64,000 nt of DNA, taken from Paraspadella gotoi (lineage: Eukaryota > Animalia > Chaetognatha). A model generated the notes under the pieces. It had not been told where the DNA came from, ran no database searches, and was given only the letters and a program-made list of their open reading frames with translations. The position numbers were made by a program, and so were the translations under genes. Where the stretch lies: contig CM119266.1 in assembly GCA_051294375.1 (NCBI GenBank), positions 8,964,391-9,028,390 on the forward strand, read 5' to 3'. Positions 52,122-64,000 of this stretch are shown here, piece by piece (within the stretch, counting starts at the first letter, position 1; the number at the start of each line of letters is the position of its first letter).

Positions 52122-54885
52122 TGGGTCTAAAGATCGAAAGCACAAAAGCCTTTCGTCCAAATCTGTGACCACAATTTTCCTCTTCGGCTAAAAATTAGAA
52201 ATTTTAGCCTCTACATTTCGACGTCGTCGTCGTCGTCGTCCGTCGTCGTTCCGTCGCTCCACGAAGACTTGAGTCTTTGTTCGACTGTAATTTGATTTTA
52301 ATACTTAACAAATTAAAAATACGCTTTTTAATGGAATAATCGGTATTAATATAATATTAGTCGTAATCGAATAAACCTAATTAAATTTAAGAAAAAATAT
52401 TTCTCATTCGTTTATGTCATTTTTCATTTTATTATACTTTTCTAATTTTTTTTTCTTTTAAACATTTTTGTAACCTTTATTTTCAATTCTAATCCGTGGT
52501 TTTGATGTCAACTTAGACATTTGTCGTCGTCGTGTTTGGTTTCGTCGCGTCGTCGTGTGGTCGTCGTTCGTTGTCGTCGTCGTTGTTTGTTGTTGTCGTG
52601 CGTCGTCGTCCTTCCCTTCTTCCTCGTCCCTTCTCCTTTAATAAAATAGAAATTAGGATAACTCGCAGTTTGTTTTTTTTTTAATCAATATTCGATTTGA
52701 ATTAAAATTCCATGAGGATTTCCAGATTAAACTCAGAACTAGAAGCCTTGTCCTTTTTTCTTCTTTTCCTCGAGGAAATTAAAAAAGAAAAGAAAAAATA
52801 TATATTTTTGAGAGGGAAAAAAACTAAATCGAGGAGAAAAAGAGGAAAAACAAAGGTTTTGCATTAATTTTGTTTATTTTTGTTTGTCGAAATTAAATAT
52901 TTCATTATTCATAGGAAGCGGAGGTAAAATATATTCTAAAAATAGAGTTTTCTGTTGTTTGTTTTATCGTATAAAAAAAAAACATTGACATTAATCAACT
53001 AAAACTGAAAGTTTCTTACAATTTGCACCAGTTTACAAGTAACCTTAAATATTTCAAGCGTTCGTTTCAAAAAAAATAAATAGTTATAAACTCATATTAA
53101 ATGAATAGCATAAATATACAATTTGATAGTATAACTCAGAGATTAATTCATAAACGTTCTTCCATCTTTTCCTATTTGTTCTTATTTTCGTTGAACTCTC
53201 ACGAGTCACGTCTTATTACAGCCTCTCTATATTTCTCTCTCCTGTTCTGACAGCAATAAATCGAGCCTCAGATCTTTCTTGCGGGTTTCTTGGTTTTTTC
53301 AATTTTTTAGTCAATTTTTTTCTTTATTTTTTTTTTTTTTAACATCTTTTTGTGAATATACCGGGTTTCATTTTCTTTGTTTCTTTATAAAGGTCTTGTT
53401 TTATTTTCTTTCTTCTGAGTAAATCTCCGTTTTAACTGCCTGGGTTGCTTATTTTTTAACGGTTTTTATTACTTTTTTATCTATTTACGGAATTATAGTG
53501 TGTTCTTTTACTGCCCCGGGTTCGTATTTTTTTACAACGCGTTTCTTTTTTATTTTACATTTTTGAGGAGAATAACGTTTTGCTCGTTTGTATTTTTGTT
53601 TTTTTTTTTTAAAGGTTTTTATTTTCTTTTTACATTGGAGCATACCAACGTTATTCTTTTTTTCTTTTTGGTGGTGAACTTTTTTTCGCCGAGTAGGGTC
53701 GTTTGGTCGGGTTGTCGTTTGTCGTCCGTCTGAATGTCGGTCGTCGGTCCTCGTGCCAACAAGTCGTGTTCTTTTGGCGGCCTTTTTGGCGCTACACAGA
53801 AAAGGGAGATCTTATTGTCTCCTTCTTCGTCGTNNNNNNNNNNNNNNNNNNNNNNNNNGAGAGAGAGAGACATTCATATTAATGTGGTCGAACGAAATGT
53901 TTTCAGACGTGATTTATCATTTCAGCGTCGCCCTCTTCCGATCGCTGCGACCTCCCCCCCAAAGTGGAGGGAGGGACGCAGAGGGTGATGAGAAAATTGG
54001 ACCCAGACCGGTTTAATATCGAGTTGTGGACAAATTAGAAACTTGGAATCCTATTTATATCGCAAAGCATATGTCTGATACTGTACAAAATATACAATGC
54101 CATCACCAAAATTATAAAATTGGTACAACCAATATAAAAATTATCCATTCATTTAATAAATAAGCTATCTTGCCCGCGACTTTGGACAGGCTTTGGTGGT
54201 TTAAGGCCTCCATCACTCTTACAAGATAATGACATAGCAGGTCCCTGCAAGCTTTCAATCAAGACTCTCTCACAGTCTTGTTTATTCACTCCCAGAGTAC
54301 CTGGTCTTCCCTATCAATGAAGTGGAAAATATTTCAAAGAATGTTTCAATTGTATGAGAAGCCACTCCCTTAAGTATTAGATCGGGAATACTTATTGTAC
54401 TCCGCACTGCATCCAAATACAAGGAGCTGAATTTTATGAAATTGGTACAACCAATATAAAAATTATCCATTCATTTAATAAATAAGCTATCTTGCCCTGA
54501 CTTTGGACAGGCTTTGGTGGTTTAAGGCCTCCATCACTCTTACAAGATAATATTATGTATGAAAAAGGAAGAACAGATTGAGATGAAAATATAGTATCTC
54601 TTTTCTCTCCCTCTCTCACCTCTCTCTCTCTCTTCCTCTCTCTCTCTCTCCCTCCCTCCCTCCTCCCTCCTCCTCCCCCTCTCCATCTCCCTTTCCCCCC
54701 AAGTTCTTAAACTTTAAAACTAACCCCATAATTTGAGACAAAGCTGAGCTCATAAAGAGACTCATTGCCTCTTCGTGCAATTTTTAACTCTTGAAATAAA
54801 CTCGCCTCTCGTCGGCAAAAAAACCTTTACTCTTTCTTCCTTGAAATTTCCCTTAAGTGTCCGGACACATGCAAACACGATCACG

Positions 54886-54980
<95 letters not shown>

Positions 54981-56484
54981 CCTCCTCCGCTCTGTTATTC
55001 CATCGTTTCTCCTTTCTTCGCTCCGCCTCCCCTTTCCCTCTTTCAATTAAAGGGAGGGTTTTCTAAAGCGGAAATTAAAAAAACAAAACAGCATACATCC
55101 GTCCGTCCATTCATCCATCTATACATCCATCAATCTATTGATTCATCATCAATCCACCCAGACCGTGAGATAAGCCTTCGACCTGACATTCGGAATATTT
55201 CTTTAGTCTTTCTGCCTCCTTTTCTTTCTTTCTGTTTCGTTAGTCTTAAACTATAAGAATACAATATACAAATAACTACAAGTAACTACTATATAATTTT
55301 GTAATTTCGTTCTTTTATTCTATCGCCAGGCATACCAAAACCCTCACAGTCCTTACCTCTTCCTCCCGCTTCTCAAATTGACTTACCTCCCCTCCTTATC
55401 GTGCTCCTCCACTCACCTCCCCCCCACCGACCGCCTCATGAAAAGGATTATGACCATCATGAGCCGAAGGAAGGATTTCATTTTTTTTTTTTTAATAACA
55501 AAAATAACAACACAGAGTTTCAATCACTTTGAAGCGAGCGTTCCGGGGAAATGGAGGGACAGAAGGGATAGTACGGTGAAAAGGATGGGGCCAGATATTT
55601 TTAGATCGATTTTCGGAACGTTCCTTCATTTTTCAGTTTGTTTCTTGCTCGAGAACTTGACAAGTTTTCCCGTCTGTCCGTCTGTCAGTCCGTCGAGTCT
55701 TCGGCACAAAAAAAAAATCTTCTGCAATAGTAACGCCGTTCACCCCCCCCCCCCCCCCCCCAAAAAAAAGTGATTTTCTCTCTCCGACTTGAAGAGGCGT
55801 TTCGAATTTTAAAAAAACTTGACGTAAGCGGATGTATAAAGACAGCGACGCCCAAAAACTTTCACGTCGCCTTGCAACCGTCTTTTTAGTTACCGCGCGA
55901 AGTGCTCGCGGAGCAATTCTATAAGTCACTTTTCGCGTCCGTCGGTCCGTCGATATGTCTGTCCGTTAAAAATGCATATAATTTGACTATGATCTAAGGT
56001 ACTGCTAGCGCCGACTTCAGGAATTCCTAAAACTATAAGGTATAAAAGACGAAATTTCGATGCAGAGCATGTCAAAAATACACGAGCAAAGATTCGTTAA
56101 TCATGTCATATTTGATCATGAATATAAAGTCACCGCGGCGCAACGCATTATGAATTACCCTTCTTTTTTTTAGTTTTTCAGAATCTTTTCTTTTCTTTTT
56201 TTTTTGGAAAGAATTTTTCTGGTTTCTCGAAAGGGACGACCTTTAGTAAAGGCTTTACCGGTTTTTGCTCTGAGAGAAAAAAAAAATCTCTCGAAATTGA
56301 ATTTCTGGTGTTTTTTAGTCTTAGGGGAAATGGGGGGAGTGGGGGCGGAAGATGAAAGTGAAGTCGGAGAGAGAAAATATCAAAGCGAAACTCAAAGTCT
56401 TTCTATCTTTATTTTTTTACCTTCTTTCTTTATTTTTTGTCTCTCCTTCTTTCTCTTTCTTATTTCTTTCTTCTTTCTTTCTTT

Positions 56485-56516
<32 letters not shown>

Positions 56517-57281
56517 TTTTTCTCTGCCTATTTTCTTTTCTTTTTTTCTATCTTTTTTTCTTCCTATAATTGCGATATTGTGGACGTAATTGAATATAAT
56601 ACATATAATCCGACAATAGCCATCATGCTTTCTCTGGCTCCTAGAATTACAATCCCGCTATACCGCTTCGCTCTACTGCCCGCTCCACCTATTGACTCCT
56701 TTCAACCCAAACTCCAGACAAAATATGCCTCAATCATCGCCCACGAGTCTCCATTATTCCCGAAATGACCTGCGTCTGTGATTGACGCATCGAAGCACCT
56801 CCTTCTCTCTCCTTTCTTCTCTCTCATCTCTGCTCTCTTCTCTCTCTCTCTCTCTCTCTCTTCTCCTCTCTCTCTCTCTCATTCGATCTTGTCATTTAGG
56901 CTTTTCCGGTCGGATGCTTCCTCTACTTCCTTACTTTTCTCTCGGTACCTTCTCTTCCTTTCCTTTCTCTTTTTTATTTCTTCTTTTTTAGTTTCGTTTT
57001 TCATTTCTTTTACTTTTTTCGTCCTTATTTTCTCTCTTTTCTTTTTTTTTTGTCTTTCTCCTTCATTGGACTAAGTCGGTTGACTCCTTTTTCCTGATCA
57101 CTGTCTCACCTCTTTCTCCTCCTCCTCCTCTTCCTCTTCCTCCTCATCATTTTCTTAACCATTTGCCTTGCAGTTTAACTCTACTCCCTTCCACCCCCTT
57201 TAAGCCCTTCCCGCCATACATTTATCTCTTTCTCTTTAACTTCCTTTACATCATTCCAGCCTTACTTCTTTTCCCCCACCC

Positions 57282-57338
<57 letters not shown>

Positions 57339-58406
57339 GCTCATCTCTCTCTCTCACCTTCCTCACGTGCTCTTTTCTCTCTTCCTTCACATTAATAGAA
57401 GAAACGTTTAAAGAGCGAATTTCTTTTCCTAAGAATTTAAAACGAAGAACGTTAAAGAGGAATTATTACACCAACAGCAGCTTGAGGGTGGACATCCCCT
57501 TTCCTTCACCAAACGATTGAGAACGGAGGATGATTACTTATCGGATCCCTCTCTCCAATCCCCCAATCCCCAGTGCGATAATCCCGATCCCCGATCTCCA
57601 AATCATTCCTTCTCACCTTGTCATTTAAATCTTCACCTTTTAAGGATCGAAATTTCATCGTCACTTCCCCACGCCCCTCTCCGCGCCACTATTCAAAGCC
57701 ACGACCCGCGTCATGACCCGCGCCACTCCATAAGCCACACTCCACGCCACTCCTGTACCCACAGTGCGATATTTTGTAAACAGACGTAATTGCCCCTTCT
57801 CCCCCTTGCTACTCTTTTTAACACTCTCCAGTCTTCATTGCTACTCCTCACGCCACAGTTCCACCGCCACTCTCCGCCCAATATTCACAACACAACCGTT
57901 CACACCACTTCTGACGCCCACTCCAAAAGCCGCTCTCAACTCCACTCCGATGCCATACTTCAAGCCACTCTTCACGACAGTCTCAGCCTCATTCCCCACG
58001 CCACTTCCCAGCCCCCCCAACCCACTCTCCCACTACCCACCCCCTATTTACCGCCCCTCCATTGCCTCCAACCCTCTATTACCCTACCTAATCTCCACCC
58101 GTACCACCCTTTTCACCACCCTCTTGTCTCCCCCTCACCATGAGAATTCTCTTCCTTTCTTCTTCCATAAAATTCTTCTTCGATCGAATCGCGTTTCTCC
58201 AACAAATTTATTCCCTCGACTCTACTTCGGTTGAAGGAGGCGCCGCAGCCCGCCGCAGTCCCCGCAGCCCGCCGCAGCCCCGCCGCCGGTTTAAGCCGTC
58301 CTACGCGCGAAAATCGGGCGCCGGGTCTGATCGGCGGCGTCTGGGAATGGCCCGGCGTCAACCTAGAGAGAGAGAGGATGAGAGAAGGGAGAGAGAGATG
58401 AAGAGA

Positions 58407-58446
<40 letters not shown>

Positions 58447-58569
58447 GCCACCGTGAGGTAAATTCGGGGCGGCCGCGCTCGTGTTTAAGATAGGGCATGG
58501 AGCGGCGCGCATGAGAAGCTGCGCCGTGTTAGAGAGTTTATTCGAACCGACGCCGGTTTCTTGAGAGAG

Positions 58570-58653
<84 letters not shown>

Positions 58654-60880
58654 AGGAAGAGAGGCGAAGCGATATTTGAGATTTTAGTGTTGAGCTTTCA
58701 CTTCTAATGTTTTTGTTTACCGTTTCGGTGTCACATGTTCTGTTTCTTTCTCATAGCAAAATTAATAAAATTACTGGTGCATCCAACGTATTCATTAATC
58801 GAATATAAATATTCGAAATATTCGCCTGGAAAAATAATAAATAATTGAAAATTCCTGAGAATCTTGATGAGGATTCCACTGTATTCGCTGAATGTGGATT
58901 AATATCTCATGAATCTGGATGCGTCAACCTTATGAATTATGATTTAATTCATTTCAACTTCGCATTTTTCTCTCTTCAATTTCACGCGCGGCGCTCATTC
59001 GCGAAGCCTTTCGTTACCATATCACGAAAATAGCTTAGTGACGCCGAGAGAGAGAGAGAGATAGAGAGAAGAGAGAGAGAGAGGAGAGAGAGAAGAGAGA
59101 GAAGAGAAGACGAGAAGAAGGAGAGAGAGAGAGAGAGAGAAGAGAGAGAAAAATGGGTCTAAAGATCGAAAGCACAAAAGCCTTTCGTCCAAATCTGTGA
59201 CCCACAATTTTCCTCTTTCGCTAAAAATAGAATTTTAGCCTCTACATTTCGACGTCGTCGTCGTCGTCGTCGTCGTCGTTCTCTCGCCTCCACGAAGACT
59301 TGAGTCTTTGTTCGACTGTAATTTGATTTTAATACTTAACAAATTAAAAATACGCTTTTAATGGAATAATCGGTATTAATATAATATTAGTCGTATCGAA
59401 TAAACCTAAATTAATTTAAAAAAAATAATTTCTCATTCGTTTATGTCATTATTTCATTTTATTATACTTTTCTAATTTTTTTTTCTTTAAACTTTTTGTA
59501 ACCTTTATTTTCAATTCTAATCCGTGTTTGATGTCAACTGAGACATTTGTCGTCGTTCGTTGTTGTTGTCGTCGCGTTCGTCGGTGTGTCGCGTCGTATG
59601 TCGTCTGTCGTTGTTGTTGTTGTCGTCGTCGTTCTCCTTCCCTTCTTCCTTCGTCCCTTCTCCTTCCTAAAAAATAGAAAGGATAACCGCAGTTTTGTTT
59701 TTTTTTAATCAATATTCGATTGAATTAAAATTCCATGAGGTTTCCAGCAATTAAACTCGAATGAAGCCTGTCCTTTTTCTTCTTTTCCTCGAGGAAATTA
59801 AAAAAAAAAGAAAAAATATATATTTTTCGAGAGGGAAAAAAAACTAAATCGGAGGAGAAAAAGAGGAAAAACAAGGTTTTGCATTTAATTTCGTTATTTT
59901 TGTTTGTCGAAATTAATATTTCATTATTCATAAGGGAAGCGGAGGTAATAATTATTTAAATTAGGTTTTCTGTGTTTGTTTTATCGTATGGAAAAAAAAA
60001 ACATTGCTACATTAATCAACTAAAACTGAAAGTTTTTACAATTTGCACCAGTTTACAAGTAACCTTATAATATTTCAAGCGTTCGTTTCAAAAAAAATAA
60101 ATGTTATAAACTCATAATTAAATGAATAGCATAAATATACAATTTGATAGTATAACTCAGAGATATAATTATCAACGTCTTCCATACTCTTTCCGTATTT
60201 GTTCTTTTTTCGTGAGACTCTCACGAGTCACGTCTTATTACAGCCTCTCTATATTTCTCTCTCCTGTTCTGACAGCAATAAATCGAGCCTCAGATCTTTC
60301 TTGCGGGTTTCTTGGTTTTTTCAATTTTTTAGTCAATTTTTTTCTTTATTTTTTTTTTTTTTAACATCTTTTTGTGAATATACCGGGTTTCATTTTCTTT
60401 GTTTCTTTATAAAGGTCTTGTTTTATTTTCTTTCTTCTGAGTAAATCTCCGTTTTAACTGCCTGGGTTGCTTATTTTTTAACGGTTTTTATTACTTTTTT
60501 ATCTATTTACGGAATTATAGTGTGTTCTTTTACTGCCCCGGGTTCGTATTTTTTTACAACGCGTTTCTTTTTTATTTTACATTTTTGAGGAGAATAACGT
60601 TTTGCTCGTTTGTATTTTTGTTTTTTTTTTTTAAAGGTTTTTATTTTCTTTTTACATTGGAGCATACCAACGTTATTCTTTTTTTCTTTTTGGTGGTGAA
60701 CTTTTTTTCGCCGAGTAGGGTCGTTTGGTCGGGTTGTCGTTTGTCGTCCGTCTGAATGTCGGTCGTCGGTCCTCGTGCCAACAAGTCGTGTTCTTTTGGC
60801 GGCCTTTTTGGCGCTACACAGAAAAGGGAGATCTTATTGTCTCCTTCTTCGTCGTNNNNNNNNNNNNNNNNNNNNNNNNN

Positions 60881-63800
60881 GGTGGTTTAAGGCCTCCATC
60901 ACTCTTACAAGATAATATTATGTATGAAAAGGAAGAACAGATTGAGATGAAAATATAGTATCTCTTTTCTCTCCCTCTCTCACCCTCTCTCTCTCTCTCT
61001 TCCTCTCTCTCTCTCTCCCTCCTCCCTCCCTCCCTCTCCATCTCCCTTCCTCTCCCCTCAGTTCTTAAACTTTAAAACTAACACCCATAATTTGAGACAA
61101 AGCTGAGCCATAAAGAGACTCATTGCCTCTTCGTGCAATTTTTAACTCTTGAAATAAACTCGCTCTAGTCGGCAAAAAAACCTTTACTCTTTCTTCCTTG
61201 AAATTTCCCTTAAGTGTCCGGACACATGCAAACACGATCACGTTTTCTCTCTCTCTCTCTTCTCTTCTCTCTCTCTCTCTCTCTCATCTCTCCTCCTCTC
61301 TCTCTCTCTCTCTCTCTCCCTCTCTCTCCTCCTCCGCTCTGTTATTCCATCGTTTTCTCCTTTCTTCGCTCCGCCTCCCCTTTCCCTCTTTCAATTAAAG
61401 GGAGGGTTTTCTAAAGCGGAAATTAAAAAACAAAACAGCATACATCCGTCCGTCCATTCATCCATCTATACATCCATCAATCTATTGATTCATCCATCAA
61501 TCCACCCAGACCGTGAGATAAGCCTTCGACCTGACATTCGGAATATTTCTTTAGTCTTTCTGCCTCCTTTTCTTTCTTTCTGTTTCGTTAGTCTTAAACT
61601 ATAAGAATACAATATACAAATAACTACAAGTAACTACTATATATTTTTGTAATTTCGTTCTTTTATTCTATCGCCAGGCATACCAAAACCCTCACAGTCC
61701 TTACCTCTTCCTCCCGCTTCTCAAATTGACTTACCTCCCCTCCTTATCGTGCTCCTCCACTCACCTCCCCCCCACCGACCGCCTCATGAAAAGGATTATG
61801 ACCATCCATGAGCCGAAGGAAGGGATTTCATTTTTTTTTTAATAACAAAAATAACAACACAGAGTTTCAATCACTTTGAAGCGAGCGTTCCGGGGAAATG
61901 GAGGGACAGAAGGGTAGTACGGGTGAAAAGGATGGGGCCAGATATTTTTAGATCGATTTTCGGAACGTTCCTTCATTTTTCAGTTTGTTTCTTGCTCGAG
62001 AACTTGACAAGTTTTCCCGTCTGTCCGTCTGTCAGTCCGTCGAGGTCTTTCGGCACAAAAAAAAATCTTCTGCAATAGTAACGCCGTTCACCCCCCCCTT
62101 CCCCCCCCAAAAAAAAAAGTGATTTCTCTCTCCGTCTTGAAGACGCGTTCGAATTTTAAAAAACTTGACGTAAGCGGATGTATAAAGACAGCGACGCCCA
62201 AAAACTTTCACGTCGCCTCGCAACCGTCTTTTTAGTTACGCCGCGAGTGCTCGCGGAGCAATTCTATAAGTCACTTTTCGGTCCGTCGGTCCGTCGATAT
62301 GTCTGTCCGTTAAAAATGCATATAATTTGACTATGATCTAAGGTACTGCTAGCGCCGACTTCAGGAATTCCTAAAACTATAAGGTATAAAAGACGAAATT
62401 TCGATGCAGAGCATGTCAAAAATACACGAGCAAAGATTCGTTAATCATGTCATATTTGATCATGAATATAAAGTCACCGCGGCGCAACGCATTATGAATT
62501 ACCCTTCTTTTTTTTTAGTTTTTCAACGGAAATCGATTTTCTTTCTTTCTTTTTATTTCTTGATTCGAAGAATAAAGTGAAGAGAAAAAGTGAAGAGGTT
62601 TAGTTTTTATGTTGACGCCGTAGGGGGTCAACCAACGGTAGATTACTGTCTTCTCTCTCTCTTTCTCTTTTCTCTCTTCTCTCTCTTCTTTATTTTTTTC
62701 TACTATTTATGGTTTCTTTCTGTTTCTCTCTTTTTCCTTTTCTTTATTTCTCTTTCTCTCTCTGCTCCCTCTCACTCTCCTTGATCGAAGTACGCCTAAT
62801 TTACAACTTTCCTTCCGTCTATTATATAGAATAAATATTAGGAACTCACTCTCCCCCCTTTTCCATCTCAAACTCGACCCTCTCGTTTTTTTCCCCCTCA
62901 CCCAAGGTGCCACCCCTCCCCTGTGTTCATCGCCAATATCTCTGCCAACTGCGAAATCTAATTTCCCAAAAAAATCAGAAACCAAAAAAAAAAAAAATAA
63001 GAAAAAATAGTCGAAAAAATAAAATGCAAATAAAAAACCCCAAAAAACTTCACACCAGCTTACGAGATATTTTTTTTTCTCTTTGCTTTAAAATCGGCCC
63101 TTGAGACGGAGGCGTCCTCTCGAGGTGGCGGATCCACTCCGAAAAGCCTCTCACACAAATATGTTCTTCTCATCTTTTTCACGGACGTCGTCGTCCGTTC
63201 GTTCGTCGTCGTCGTCTTTCATTGTTAAGATCCAACTGGAACCCCAATACTTTAACGCCTCCTTCATTTCAAGTCTTAATGCTCTTTTTTGCACTCCGGT
63301 CGTGCGAACAACACGAGGCCGCCATTCTTGCTCGGTGCCTTCATCTCACCGTTTTCTAAACTTACTACCGTTGTACACGAATTCGATTCCTTGCCCCTAC
63401 TTTATTTCTCTCACTTGTTCTGTGAGGTAGAAAGTGACACTGATCCGCAATTTCGGGGTTTCCTCTCTCTTTTTGTCCTTTCTCTCTTTTTCTCCCTCTG
63501 TCACTCTCCTTCCCTATTCTCTCTCTCCCTCTCTCTCTCTCTTTCTCTCTCTCTCTCTACCAATTAAGCTCCGTCTCCTCTTCGATTGCCTTGCGAGGGA
63601 AAGACAGCCAATAATTCCTACGTCTATGAGAATTCGCATTTCGTTGTGAAACCGATCGATTTGGATAAGAGATGAACCAAAAATTTATCATTAATAGATC
63701 TAAAATTTAATCATCACGATACTAATTAGAAATAATTTGAATATTAAAAAAAATTCTGATTTAAATATATTAATTCTCATAAATAATACCAAATAAATTT

Positions 63801-64000
63801 GCAATTAACAATTTTCAGTTATTTTTTTCAATTTCGCCCGAACATGATCCAGAAAAAATTTCCAAATATTTTTTTCGAATGCCGCACTGCACACTTTTCA
63901 TGCCTATGCTGGCGACTGTTAAAAAAAAAAACTATCATTATTTTCTCCACTATTTCCGAAATCGACATGCGACCAATGACAACGGACGACCGTAGACGAC
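60881..64000. repeat. Further duplicates: 60881-62525 ~ 47490-49150, and 62525-64000 ~ 45037-46435
   Basis: Collinear sequence with indel noise; junction at TTTTTC|AACGGAAATCG. Confidence 0.9.

Larger units (their letters stand above)
46831..60855. repeat. ~7.03-kb tandem duplication (46831-53833 and 53859-60855) split by a 25-N spacer; probable assembly artefact
   Basis: Identical ORF calls at a ~7026-bp offset; both copies end at ...CTTCGTCGT followed by 25 N. Confidence 0.93.

Overview
AT-rich, intron-containing eukaryotic (metazoan-like) DNA, dense in (GA)n, (GAAA)n and (GAC)n microsatellites, with many N gaps; most ORFs in the track are microsatellite or gap artefacts. One host gene is recognisable: an SLC16/MCT-like MFS transporter with GT-AG introns, present as two tandem minus-strand copies and one inverted partial copy (17.4-25.9 kb). 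At 32-38 kb lies a degraded Polinton/Maverick (adintovirus-like) relic: an A32/FtsK-like packaging ATPase, a small protein with a Gly-Gly/amphipathic tail, a further ORF, a possible capsid start, and a second divergent ATPase relic on the opposite strand. There is also a Penelope-like insertion carrying a minimal hammerhead ribozyme (G5A core), a more decayed hammerhead near 27.46 kb, a LINE 3' fragment, Helentron/DINE-like elements and several minisatellites. 45-64 kb is mostly a ~7-kb segment repeated across 25-N spacers, probably a gap-filling or haplotype artefact. All family calls come from motif recognition by eye; no searches were run.
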